51,940 nucleotides of DNA from the NCBI GenBank assembly GCA_041499075.1, contig JBGQJN010000002.1:1-51940 (forward strand), given 5' to 3'. Each line of letters opens with the position of its first letter. The stretch's first letter is position 1. This document shows positions 43,579 through 51,939 of this stretch, piece after piece. This DNA is from Minisyncoccia bacterium. Its GTDB lineage: Bacteria > Patescibacteriota > Minisyncoccia > 2-02-FULL-40-12 > IGHO2-01-FULL-4-A. The translations under genes were made by a program, and so were the position numbers. Below the pieces are notes generated by a model. The model had not been told where the DNA came from. It saw only the letters and a list, made by a program, of their open reading frames with translations, and did not search any database.

Positions 43579-43878
43579 TTATCCCAAGATTCTGTAAATT
43601 TCCCTTCTGCCGGTCATGTACATATCGGTGTAACCGGCCATTTTTGCTTTGGTCTTAGGATTAGCATTCTTCATATAATCGGAAATGATTTTTTCAAAAG
43701 CGGCTAGACTCGCAACCTCCCACTCTATTACTACATTATTAAAATTACCGACCAGGTCAGTCATTACCTGCACGCGCGAACCCGCCTTTACTATAGACGG
43801 CATAGTTTCTCTCATGAGTTTGGCTAATTTTGAAGCCATGCCCGGTTTGGCAATAAAAATTTCTCTTATTAGAAGCAT
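43579..43878 (-). CDS. Hypothetical protein (99 aa), possibly a dimeric alpha/beta-barrel fold
   Basis: ORF tightly linked to the aquaporin gene (4-nt gap). No firm domain call. Confidence 0.5.
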   Translation of the reverse strand: MLLIREIFIAKPGMASKLAKLMRETMPSIVKAGSRVQVMTDLVGNFNNVVIEWEVASLAAFEKIISDYMKNANPKTKAKMAGYTDMYMTGRREIYRILG

Positions 43879-43915
43879 ATATGGGTATGGTAACGCTACC
43901 TACTAATAGAGTCAA

Positions 43916-43945
43916 GATAAGATAAGATAAGATAGGATAGGATAA
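43916..43945. repeat. Pentanucleotide tandem repeat (GATAA)3(GATAG)2(GATAA)1
   Basis: Read directly from the sequence. It lies 38 nt upstream of the start of the 99-aa gene. Confidence 0.85.
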
Positions 43946-43966
43946 GGTTATGAAAAGCAAGACCCG

Positions 43967-44227
43967 CTAAATGCGGGTTTTGAAAAGGGATTTTAGCAAA
44001 CTAGAGCCAAACATTATCAGATAACCAAAAAATGCAAGGATTGATATTATTTTCAGAAGAATGAGGTAAAGGCAGACTATTATAAGGGGTATATGGTCAA
44101 CTCCCGAACCTGGAGCAATGGATCTATTTATCTGGTCAAAGACAAATGAACAAACCACGTATGCTACTAGCGATAAAATACAAAAAAGATAATATTTTAG
44201 ACAGTACTCTCTTTCTTCAGAAGTCAT
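43967..44227 (-). CDS. Small hydrophobic protein (86 aa)
   Basis: Two or three hydrophobic segments. The terminator hairpin ACCCGC-ATTTA-GCGGGT (43962-43978) overlaps the stop. Confidence 0.45.
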   Translation of the reverse strand: MTSEEREYCLKYYLFCILSLVAYVVCSFVFDQINRSIAPGSGVDHIPLIIVCLYLILLKIISILAFFGYLIMFGSSLLKSLFKTRI

Positions 44228-44290
44228 ATCAAACCTCTCGATTTGTTAAGATCCTAAACACAGCCTAGTACCACAAATAATATCTGTAAA

Positions 44291-44319
44291 TTGACAAAAC
44301 TAACGACGCAAGCTATAAA
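44291..44319 (+). promoter_or_regulatory. Sigma70-type promoter (TTGACA-17 nt-TATAAA)
   Basis: -35 at 44291-44296 and -10 at 44314-44319. It lies upstream of the AAGGGAG RBS and the ATG at 44378. Confidence 0.55.
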
Positions 44320-44377
44320 GGCAATAGATCAAAGACCAGTACTTTAAAACATAAACCAATGAGAAAGGGAGAAATTT

Positions 44378-45418
44378 ATGACCACTGACACTATCAGGTC
44401 AATCTGGCAAAAAGCAGACTCTCGTCGAGGTTGTCTGGTATCACTTAAAATGAACACGAGCCGTAGGCGTCATCTTTCTGATGAAGATCCGCTACGCGTT
44501 ACAAATCCATTCGTAAGCGATGAAGCAAAACTCTTTTCAAGTAAGGGTTATCGTGTTCTCGGAGATAAAACCCAGGTATTTACTTTCCCATCTACCCCGC
44601 TCATACGTACTCGACTGGCTCACGTCATGGAAGTTGTCGGTGTTTCGGTAATCGCATCGAATCTTCTTGGCCTGAACACCGATCTGGTAAGGGCCGCCGC
44701 AATCGGCCACGATATCGGTCATGTGCCTTTCGGCCACCAGGGCGAAGCATGGATGGCCGAGGCTATGGGACGTCCGAAATTCTGCCACGAGATCATGGGA
44801 CCCATAATTGCGCAGAAGATTGAACGCAGAGGCGAAGGCTTGAATCTGACATGGCAGACGCTTGAAGCGATGATGTGCCATAGCGGCAATACCGCCAGAG
44901 CGGGAATGTCGCAAGAAGCATGGCTATTACGCTGGACGGACAAATTTACGTACATCTTCCATGATATAAATGACATTATGATGCGAAATGAATATCCAGT
45001 CCCACAGGAGTTAATTGATTTAGCTAATGATTTTGGGAGTAATCAAAGGGAGCGAACCACCACTGCTATAGCTGGTCTTATCATCGAGTCAGCTGAACAC
45101 GGCTATGTCAGTTTTGAGCATTCAGAACTGGGACAGAAATTCAAAAGTTTAAGGACAATGATGTACGAAGTTTATCCGCACGTCACGCATCAGAAGGTAG
45201 AGAATATCATGCAGCCGGTACTTGAATTTCTTGAAATGCTCAAAATCGGCGACCCCTTTCTTTTACTGGCTCTCATGACCGATAAGGACGTGGCCAATCT
45301 TGCAGCCCAGCCGATGAAAGATCTACCGGCATTCAACCGCACTACAGTAAGTAGAATCGTGCCGTATCTTCAAAGAATAGGTAAAATTGATCTTTGTGAC
45401 CCCGATCTCGATTGGTAA
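44378..45418 (+). CDS. HD-domain dNTP triphosphohydrolase-like protein (dGTPase family)
   Basis: RTRLAHVMEVVGVS...AAAIGHDIGHVPFGH matches the dGTPase-family HD signature. Confidence 0.75.
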   Translation: MTTDTIRSIWQKADSRRGCLVSLKMNTSRRRHLSDEDPLRVTNPFVSDEAKLFSSKGYRVLGDKTQVFTFPSTPLIRTRLAHVMEVVGVSVIASNLLGLNTDLVRAAAIGHDIGHVPFGHQGEAWMAEAMGRPKFCHEIMGPIIAQKIERRGEGLNLTWQTLEAMMCHSGNTARAGMSQEAWLLRWTDKFTYIFHDINDIMMRNEYPVPQELIDLANDFGSNQRERTTTAIAGLIIESAEHGYVSFEHSELGQKFKSLRTMMYEVYPHVTHQKVENIMQPVLEFLEMLKIGDPFLLLALMTDKDVANLAAQPMKDLPAFNRTTVSRIVPYLQRIGKIDLCDPDLDW

Positions 45419-45435
45419 CCCCATTACCATGCAAG

Positions 45436-45465
45436 CCCACTCCTCGGCATAGAGTGGGTTTTTTC
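45436..45465 (+). terminator. Rho-independent terminator
   Basis: CCCACTC-loop-GAGTGGG (45436-45458) followed by TTTTTTC. Confidence 0.7.
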
Positions 45466-45526
45466 TTGGCTTTTTCTCGAAAAAGATTTTAGGTAAAAGA
45501 AAACCGAGTGGTTGGCCCGGCAAAAA

Positions 45527-45823
45527 CTAATAGATCTCGGATGTGCTTATTATGCGTAACTCTAAACAATGTGTGCAGGTGTATTCTATATGGTTCTCTT
45601 TTCGAACAATAGGGTGGGTTATGAAACCGCACGGACAGGTAACAAATCCTTGCTCTACTTCAGATCTAAGTGCAATTCTTCTTAGCTCGCTAGGAGACAC
45701 TTTTATGGAATCTATAATAACAGTCGAATCTGTAAAAAATCCCTGCCTTCTTGATATATAGCCAAAGGTTTTACCATCAATCTTAACAGCATAACCATCA
45801 GTTCTTTGTTCGAAGGTTAGCAT
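45527..45823 (-). CDS. Hypothetical zinc-ribbon protein (98 aa from MLTFEQ)
   Basis: A GGGGGG RBS precedes the internal Met. CPCG...CTHC cysteine pairs are present. Confidence 0.5.
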   Translation of the reverse strand: MLTFEQRTDGYAVKIDGKTFGYISRRQGFFTDSTVIIDSIKVSPSELRRIALRSEVEQGFVTCPCGFITHPIVRKENHIEYTCTHCLELRIISTSEIY

Positions 45824-45928
45824 ATCGGCCCCCCTTTTTATTAGTTGTAAGGAACAATATAATAATAGCACTACTAACTACTATTGTCAAACCAGGACCA
45901 TAAAAGAAAAACTGGTCAAGCCGGTAAA

Positions 45929-46135
45929 TTATTCACAAATTCTACGTTCGACAGCCGTAATGGCATCCCTGCACTCTTGCGAACAAGCGTCAAATTTTTG
46001 CATAGAACAAACTTGAAAACCAATTATTGCATTTTTCTTTGGCATACCCTCACGCGTTATATAGTCTGGACACTTGGGATTATCACACATATATTTCTTA
46101 ACCATTCTGTCGCGTCTGACGAGGTAAAATCTCAT
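45929..46135 (-). CDS. Hypothetical Cys-rich small protein (68 aa)
   Basis: AGGAGGG RBS directly upstream. CDNPKCPDY...CSMQKFDACSQEC. Confidence 0.55.
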   Translation of the reverse strand: MRFYLVRRDRMVKKYMCDNPKCPDYITREGMPKKNAIIGFQVCSMQKFDACSQECRDAITAVERRICE

Positions 46136-46215
46136 AGACCCTCCTATTGTAAGAACCGAACATATAATAGTACCGATATACTATTTTGTCAAAGTCCTCT
46201 TACTAGAGTCCAAAC

Positions 46216-46596
46216 CTACTGCGAGCTCTCCAGTAGTTTTTTGGTTTTAGAATATTGATACCAGACTAGACCAAAACTCAAAACAAAAAGGATAAGCGCT
46301 CCAAAATCATCACCCACGCTTGCGGCATCATTAAACTCAATTATGAGCGCGCCTATTTTGGTCAGTAATGCCAGTCCAACAAGTATCAGCGGCATCCTGG
46401 AACGTGCAAATCTGTTATTTTTTTGTCTATACCAAAATATGCCTACGATACCTAATACGAGGAGCACGATGTCATCCACTTTGTCAGGAATATCGTGCTC
46501 AAGAAAAATTTCCGGTAAAAAAGCAAATCCCGAAAGTCCCACGATCGAGACGGCTAATAAATTAAAACCACGGTTTATAGATTCACGTATATTCAT
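46216..46596 (-). CDS. Hypothetical membrane protein (126 aa)
   Basis: Four hydrophobic segments. Confidence 0.55.
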   Translation of the reverse strand: MNIRESINRGFNLLAVSIVGLSGFAFLPEIFLEHDIPDKVDDIVLLVLGIVGIFWYRQKNNRFARSRMPLILVGLALLTKIGALIIEFNDAASVGDDFGALILFVLSFGLVWYQYSKTKKLLESSQ

Positions 46597-46615
46597 GTGA
46601 TTAGTATAACATTAT

Positions 46616-47275
46616 CTATTTGGTGACCTCAATTAATTTATTGTTGTTGACTTTGAAGTATTTTGAAACTCTGACAGAAGGATTTGCCGAATATGGTTCA
46701 TCCGGTTTTCTATCGGCATAGTTTACAATGATCTGGCCGTTCTTGAATTCTGTAGTTTGCGGAGCGATCCTATCTCCTATAAAAACAGCGTTTATACCCT
46801 TAAAACCATCCTTTGAGCCCAGAGCGGCGGCAAGATAATAGAAAACACCTGTTCCCCCGCCATCTTGCGTCAGAAGAAAAGCAATATCCGGCAGGCCATC
46901 GCCGTTGAAATCACCCCGTACCTCATCACCAAAGATATCAGTACTGACAATCGAATCAGAACCAGGCGCGGCCGGATTCTCGGCTGAACCATTAACCAAC
47001 GTTATAGATTGGTCTTCTATCATATAGGTGGCATATTTGTAATCTCCCGCGTTTGGCACACAAATGCCGCCGACGTCACCAAATGGCAGATGAGAACCTG
47101 GCTCAGGTGCACAATGATAGCCGACCTGACAAGTAGGCGCGTTGGTCATATTACCGCCACAATGCTTACCTGATGATGTGGTTTCGGTGCTACTCGTCTG
47201 GATTTTTTTAGTGAAAAAGGTATATCCTAATCCGGCGATTACTATTACCACTAAAATAATAATTGTTTTTTTCAT
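46616..47275 (-). CDS. Secreted hypothetical protein with an FG-GAP-like motif
   Basis: N-terminal anchor and GDFNGDGLPDIAFLL. Confidence 0.55.
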   Translation of the reverse strand: MKKTIIILVVIVIAGLGYTFFTKKIQTSSTETTSSGKHCGGNMTNAPTCQVGYHCAPEPGSHLPFGDVGGICVPNAGDYKYATYMIEDQSITLVNGSAENPAAPGSDSIVSTDIFGDEVRGDFNGDGLPDIAFLLTQDGGGTGVFYYLAAALGSKDGFKGINAVFIGDRIAPQTTEFKNGQIIVNYADRKPDEPYSANPSVRVSKYFKVNNNKLIEVTK

Positions 47276-47300
47276 ATTACGAAGTAATTTTTTTATTTAG

Positions 47301-47531
47301 TTATTTGTTGAAAGAAGTAATCTTATATACTTTGCCCGCCTTATCGTATGTAATCCACTCGCCGACCTGCTTGCCTTTTTTGAAATGGCCGGAACGCATT
47401 TTAATACCATCTTTTCGAAACCATTCCCAGTAACCATCAGGTATTCTATTGACAGTTTTGCCTTTAGCCCAAATGCCGCCGTTTTTATGGTAAACAATAT
47501 GTCTTTTTGTTGAGGTTGTTTTTTCGGGCAT
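47301..47531 (-). CDS. MORN-repeat (YwqK-like) small protein
   Basis: PDGYWEWFRKDGIKMRSGHFKKGKQVGEWITYDKAGKV repeat pattern. Confidence 0.6.
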   Translation of the reverse strand: MPEKTTSTKRHIVYHKNGGIWAKGKTVNRIPDGYWEWFRKDGIKMRSGHFKKGKQVGEWITYDKAGKVYKITSFNK

Positions 47532-47563
47532 AGTACTTCTTAGTATATTAAAATCGTATTATA

Positions 47564-48145
47564 TCAAAATTGCCAAAATAAAAAAGTGCGAGGTCGTCGC
47601 ACTCTGGTTTTTGGATTCCTAACCAAGTTTGTCTCTATATTCCTGTAATTGTCTCGCCCATTGCCTAAACAATTTTGGCTGGACCGATTCAATAACAAAG
47701 TAGTCATAGCCAGGGCTTGTCTTGGGCTAGGAATAAAGGGTGAGACATTAGAATCCGCGAGTTTAGAAGCAGATCCATTGTGTTCATACAATTCCTTAAA
47801 TAGGGTTGCAACTGATCTTATTCCGTTTAAATCGATATCACTCCAATGTATGACCGGATATGAATCAATAGTCATTTCTTTAAGTAACGGGTGTGCATCC
47901 GGAAAATAATTTGCAATTGCAATAGTAAGTTTATTGATGGTAGAACGATATACGGCCCCGCCCATACAATTACCCGAAATTTTAGGAATGACAACAATAC
48001 CCCTTTCTCTTTCACTGACAGAAAGCATTAGATATAGAGTAAGTTGATGATCTACGCCATCTGGATAGAAATCAAATTCAAAGGATGGTTCAAATGAAAA
48101 TTGCCATTTTCTGGGAGTAAATTGCTGTTTTTCAGCCTGTGGCAT
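47564..48145 (-). CDS. Hypothetical protein (193 aa)
   Basis: ORF only. No domain recognised. Confidence 0.5.
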   Translation of the reverse strand: MPQAEKQQFTPRKWQFSFEPSFEFDFYPDGVDHQLTLYLMLSVSERERGIVVIPKISGNCMGGAVYRSTINKLTIAIANYFPDAHPLLKEMTIDSYPVIHWSDIDLNGIRSVATLFKELYEHNGSASKLADSNVSPFIPSPRQALAMTTLLLNRSSQNCLGNGRDNYRNIETNLVRNPKTRVRRPRTFLFWQF

Positions 48146-48196
48146 ATATCCCTCCCGGTCATTAAAGTAACTAAAAGAAGAGTAGCAGTACCTTTG

Positions 48197-48421
48197 CTAA
48201 TCGTCAACTATTTCAAAAATCTTTTGTCTGGAAGAAAATCCTGAAATCATTCTTATCTTAGAGGGAGTTATTCTAAAATATTCGGCCAATACCTTAACAA
48301 TCGCCATATTAGCCATACCATTTACCGGTAGCTCCTTAACTGAAACAATAAAATTATCCTCGTCAATCTTCTCGACTCTTTCTTCCCTAGCCGATGGCTT
48401 AGCCTTAACCAGTATTTTCAT
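48197..48421 (-). CDS. DUF167 (YggU-like) protein
   Basis: VKAKPSAREERVEKID...SVKELPVNGMANMAIVKVLAEYF pattern. Confidence 0.7.
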   Translation of the reverse strand: MKILVKAKPSAREERVEKIDEDNFIVSVKELPVNGMANMAIVKVLAEYFRITPSKIRMISGFSSRQKIFEIVDD

Positions 48422-48546
48422 ACGTTTAATTTAATCACAAAAAAGTTTTAACATCCATCCCGGAGTAAAAAAATAACCACCATAAAATCAGCTTGCACTG
48501 AGTTTATTGAAGCGGTTATTTTTTGTGTATTCTAAGAATTTGGGGG

Positions 48547-48906
48547 TTATACCTTTTTGGCGTAATCAACCATTCCAGTAATATCAAGGGCTATCGCAGG
48601 TTCATTTCCAACAGTCCATGCATCATGTCCCGGCGGTATTACACCGATATCTCCCGGCCCGTATTCATTTTCCGTGCCGTCATCCATTACCACATGCAAT
48701 CTTCCAGACAAGTGATAATTGGTATGCGGTGCTTGGCAACTTTCCGTTTTCACAAGCGGCTTAACACATTCTGACCATTTCCAGCCAGGTTCAAATGTTG
48801 CCAGTCCAAATGTGACTCCTTCAAGTTTTACAAGTTCAACTTTCCCTTTTGAAAAGTTGCGTGTTTCTTCAGGATTATTTATACTTTTTTTCTGTATCTT
48901 TACCAT
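48547..48906 (-). CDS. Cupin-domain protein
   Basis: GDIGVIPPGHDAWTVGNEP and HTNYHLSG motifs. Confidence 0.7.
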   Translation of the reverse strand: MVKIQKKSINNPEETRNFSKGKVELVKLEGVTFGLATFEPGWKWSECVKPLVKTESCQAPHTNYHLSGRLHVVMDDGTENEYGPGDIGVIPPGHDAWTVGNEPAIALDITGMVDYAKKV

Positions 48907-48940
48907 ATATCTACACCTCCTTTCATTTAACTAATAAAAT

Positions 48941-49375
48941 TTATTTGCCTGGATGAACATCCATCATCGGAGCGGGCTGTATCATACTAACTCTGTTCCC
49001 TTCTGTATCAAAAAAGGATATATACAAACCGACTCCTGGTATATCATCTGGTTCGCCTGGCGCGAAGCTTCCGCCAATCACCTTGCCGCCCGTTTCTGCT
49101 ACTTTCTTCATCGCCTCTCTGATATTATCAACCGCAATGACCACCGAAGGGTATTGTATGTCTTTCGTCTTCTTGAAAAAACCGCCGTTGATCCTACCCG
49201 GTTCTTTTGGGAAATGATTTTCAGCCAACTCTGTCGTGGTCATGACCACATAACTGCCCATTTCCGGACCAAGTATCTGCGGTTGCCAGCCGAAAGTTTT
49301 GGCATAAAAATCGACCATACGTTGGCGATCCTCGTACGGCATCTCAAAGTGAACTACGGGATTCATTTTGTTCAT
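48941..49375 (-). CDS. VOC (glyoxalase/bleomycin-resistance) family protein
   Basis: NPVVHFEMPYEDRQRMVDFYAKTFGW at the N-terminus and GVGLYISFFDTEGNRVSM at the C-terminus. Confidence 0.75.
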   Translation of the reverse strand: MNKMNPVVHFEMPYEDRQRMVDFYAKTFGWQPQILGPEMGSYVVMTTTELAENHFPKEPGRINGGFFKKTKDIQYPSVVIAVDNIREAMKKVAETGGKVIGGSFAPGEPDDIPGVGLYISFFDTEGNRVSMIQPAPMMDVHPGK

Positions 49376-49386
49376 ATTTATCAGTT

Positions 49387-49695
49387 TTAAAAAGAGAACT
49401 TGCTGGCGAATTTGCCGACCAGAGGTAATTCTCTTTCGCGACCATTAATTACGTTGATAATTCCGATGATGGCCAGGATGGCAATAGCAAGATTGATAAT
49501 ATTGTAGAGAAACCAAAAAGGCGGAAACACACTGCCAATAATCCAGATCGCTATATCGATTACGAAAAGAACCAGGCCCTGCTTAATATGAAATTTAGCA
49601 AAGGCATCTTGTCCGTACATAAAATAGGAAAGAATAACTAGTGGGCCGATATATGCTATTAATGCCATCGGGTTGATCTTGTGTTTTGTATCCAT
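49387..49695 (-). CDS. Small membrane protein (DUF4870-like)
   Basis: HIKQGLVLFVIDIAIWII plus three hydrophobic helices. Confidence 0.55.
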   Translation of the reverse strand: MDTKHKINPMALIAYIGPLVILSYFMYGQDAFAKFHIKQGLVLFVIDIAIWIIGSVFPPFWFLYNIINLAIAILAIIGIINVINGRERELPLVGKFASKFSF

Positions 49696-49821
49696 AATAT
49701 AAGTATAATACTAATAATATAAACATCAAGCCGATTATCAAATTTTGCTCCCCGGCTGGACGTATTTAGAACTCTTAACTGGAGAAAGATAAAGCGGGAA
49801 GTGAAAGAAGTAAGGTTAGAA

Positions 49822-50034
49822 CTAAGATTTGCCGTTCAGGTACTTGCTGGCGACGCTCAATGCAAATGAGGGCAGTATAATAAAAACGGTTGCAAATATA
49901 AGCTTCATTAATAGCGTGTGCAAACCCGAGCTGTTTGCATCTCCCCCATCAGGCAATGTCAAAACTACTAAAATTCCTATAATACCGAAGGCGATTGATG
50001 AACAGATAAATATTTTTGTAGCTATTTTTTGCAT
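49822..50034 (-). CDS. Small hydrophobic protein (70 aa)
   Basis: Two hydrophobic helices. ORF only. Confidence 0.4.
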   Translation of the reverse strand: MQKIATKIFICSSIAFGIIGILVVLTLPDGGDANSSGLHTLLMKLIFATVFIILPSFALSVASKYLNGKS

Positions 50035-50122
50035 AAATTCATTATATCAATTAATACGCCGTTGGCAAATAAAAGACGAGGATTAACGGGAATTTTATGT
50101 GGAAATTTGCTAAACTAATATT

Positions 50123-50398
50123 ATGAACAAAATAGGAATGGTTCAACTGGTTCACCACGAGTTTGCCGGCGGCACGGTACATAAAATTCCGGCTGATTTA
50201 CGGGAAGCCCTTATTTCGTCTTCAGGAGCCCGCGCAGCCTGGGAGGATATTACGCCAATCGCACGCAATGAATGGATATGCTGGGTTGTATCCGCCAAGA
50301 AAGCGAAGACAAGAATCCACCGGATCAAGAGGACGCGTACAGAGCTTAGAGACGGAATGCGCCGACCTTGCTGCTGGGCCGGTTGTATTCATCGATAA
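50123..50398 (+). CDS. YdeI/OmpD-associated family protein
   Basis: IPADLREAL...WEDITPIARNEWICWVVSAKKAKTRIHRI...RRPCCWAGCIHR. Confidence 0.6.
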   Translation: MNKIGMVQLVHHEFAGGTVHKIPADLREALISSSGARAAWEDITPIARNEWICWVVSAKKAKTRIHRIKRTRTELRDGMRRPCCWAGCIHR

Positions 50399-50405
50399 AA
50401 GTATA

Positions 50406-50553
50406 CTACAGTCCTGTAATCTCTTTTAATCGATGACGCGTCCTTGGACCATAATAACCGCTTACTGGCTTAACGCCGTATTTCTTTTGGAAAATTTTGA
50501 CAGCTTGTACGGTGGCAGGACCAATATTCACATTCCAGATTTGAGGTCTTATG
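50406..50553 (-). pseudogene. Remnant of a peptidoglycan-binding (PG_binding_1-like) domain without a proper start
   Basis: The - strand frame reads ...NIGPATVQAVKIFQKKYGVKPVSGYYGPRTRHRLKEITGL*. It is bounded upstream by an in-frame stop, and only a GTG at 50531 is available as a start. Confidence 0.4.
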
Positions 50554-50568
50554 CTAATCTATAATCTA

Positions 50569-50859
50569 CTACCTTATCTCAAAAGATTTCTGGTTAATCT
50601 TCTCTAGCAGCTCCAAAGTTGCTTTTACAGAAGGGTTGCTTGTGTTCATAAGGATTAGCCTCTTATCGTATTTTTTTAATAACGGACTTAAAAACTCATC
50701 ACCCCATGAAGGCGAAAAAGTAATGACTCCTTCAAAATTCAATTCAAGATTTTCGTTTTCACCCAAACCGGTCAGTTGAGTTTGAAATGCCGCAAAAGCT
50801 TCGCGGCCGTTTTGCCGAGAGATAAGGGTTGTCCCGAATTTTTTTAATTCTATTTTCAT
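50569..50859 (-). CDS. STAS-like (DUF4325) protein
   Basis: LISRQNGREAF...LELNFEGVITFSPSWGDEFL pattern. It is 4 nt downstream of the GHKL gene. Confidence 0.6.
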   Translation of the reverse strand: MKIELKKFGTTLISRQNGREAFAAFQTQLTGLGENENLELNFEGVITFSPSWGDEFLSPLLKKYDKRLILMNTSNPSVKATLELLEKINQKSFEIR

Positions 50860-50863
50860 GTGT

Positions 50864-51583
50864 TTAAAAAGTTATCAAAGCCAGACAGCCACGAAACGGT
50901 TCCGGCGACAACTTCAAATTAAGAGTATCGCTGTCTTTTGCCAATGTCAGTTCCGCATTTCCGGATTGAAACAACAAACCGATTGAATTTTCCGCAACGA
51001 TTTTGCGAACGAATTTAAGACCGTTGCCGCGACTTTCCGGCGATCGACCCGATAATATCTCGGTAAAAGCCACCCGCAACGCTTCTTCGTCCGTATTCAA
51101 TTCCGGTTTTACTCGTTTCAACGTTGTCAGCACTCCCAACCCTCTGTCCGCCAATACGATATTTCTCTTGTGAATGTCATAGGCAAAAAATATCCCGGGA
51201 GTATCCGGCCAATTCCCAAGGTTGTGGTCAAACGAATTATTACCAATCTCTCCTGCCACAGCCACTATTAACGGGAAAATAGAAGCCAACTCTTTTACAC
51301 TACCCAGAAGGTCCTGCATTTGAGTTAACTTGGTCTGGAATATGGCACTGTTGGAACAATAGAATTTTGAAGATATTTCCCTACCTCTCAATACCCAATC
51401 CTTAGCTATGCCGAATAAATCGTTCAAAAAAATCTCTATCTGTGACCTATAATACTTACGATGACCACCTTCCGATTTAACCGAGCTTAACTTACCGCTT
51501 TGGTCCCAACGTCGTAACGTATCCATAGAAACACCGAGTAATCTTGCGGCTTCACTAATTGATATTAACTCTTCTTCGTGCAT
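50864..51583 (-). CDS. MerR-type HTH fused to a GHKL (histidine-kinase-like) ATPase domain
   Basis: ISISEAARLLGVSMDTLRRWDQSGKL (MerR HTH). The GHKL boxes are EIGNNSFDH (N box), DRGLG (G1) and GNGLKF (G2). Confidence 0.7.
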   Translation of the reverse strand: MHEEELISISEAARLLGVSMDTLRRWDQSGKLSSVKSEGGHRKYYRSQIEIFLNDLFGIAKDWVLRGREISSKFYCSNSAIFQTKLTQMQDLLGSVKELASIFPLIVAVAGEIGNNSFDHNLGNWPDTPGIFFAYDIHKRNIVLADRGLGVLTTLKRVKPELNTDEEALRVAFTEILSGRSPESRGNGLKFVRKIVAENSIGLLFQSGNAELTLAKDSDTLNLKLSPEPFRGCLALITF

Positions 51584-51592
51584 ATTAACCCA

Positions 51593-51643
51593 ATAGTAGC
51601 AGATAACAAAAATCTATGCAAATCCATAAAAAATCTATGCAAA
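51593..51643 (-). promoter_or_regulatory. Promoter (TTGCAT-17 nt-TACTAT) with two 15-nt direct repeats spaced 21 bp apart
   Basis: AAAAATCTATGCAAA occurs at 51608-51622 and 51629-51643. The proximal copy contains the -35. The -10 lies at 51593-51598, only 9 nt from the ATG at 51583. Confidence 0.5.
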
Positions 51644-51840
51644 ACTTCAAAATAGACTGATTATTAAGGTATTTGAATACAATAAAAAAGACCTTAGAAA
51701 AACGAAAAGCACCCAAGAAGGTTTTGACGCCCTCTTGAGCCGAAATCGGCAACCTGGCTCCGGGGATTATTGGCTGTACGAAGATGTATTATAGAACAAA
51801 AGCTACTTGAGAAGCACTGACTAATGGAGCTTGCTTAAGC

Positions 51841-51939
51841 TCATTGAGGCTTCTTGGCCTTGCGTTGCCTCCAGTCTTCGCTTGCGAGCATTGCCTTAAA
51901 GAGTAGATCAAAAACCCTACACCGATGAACCGATACCGA
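51841..51939 (-). CDS. 3' end of a gene continuing beyond the window (32 codons)
   Basis: Open - strand frame ...VFDLLFKAMLASEDWRQRKAKKPQ* with stop at 51841-51843. Too short to identify. Confidence 0.25.
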   Translation of the reverse strand, partial: SVSVHRCRVFDLLFKAMLASEDWRQRKAKKPQ

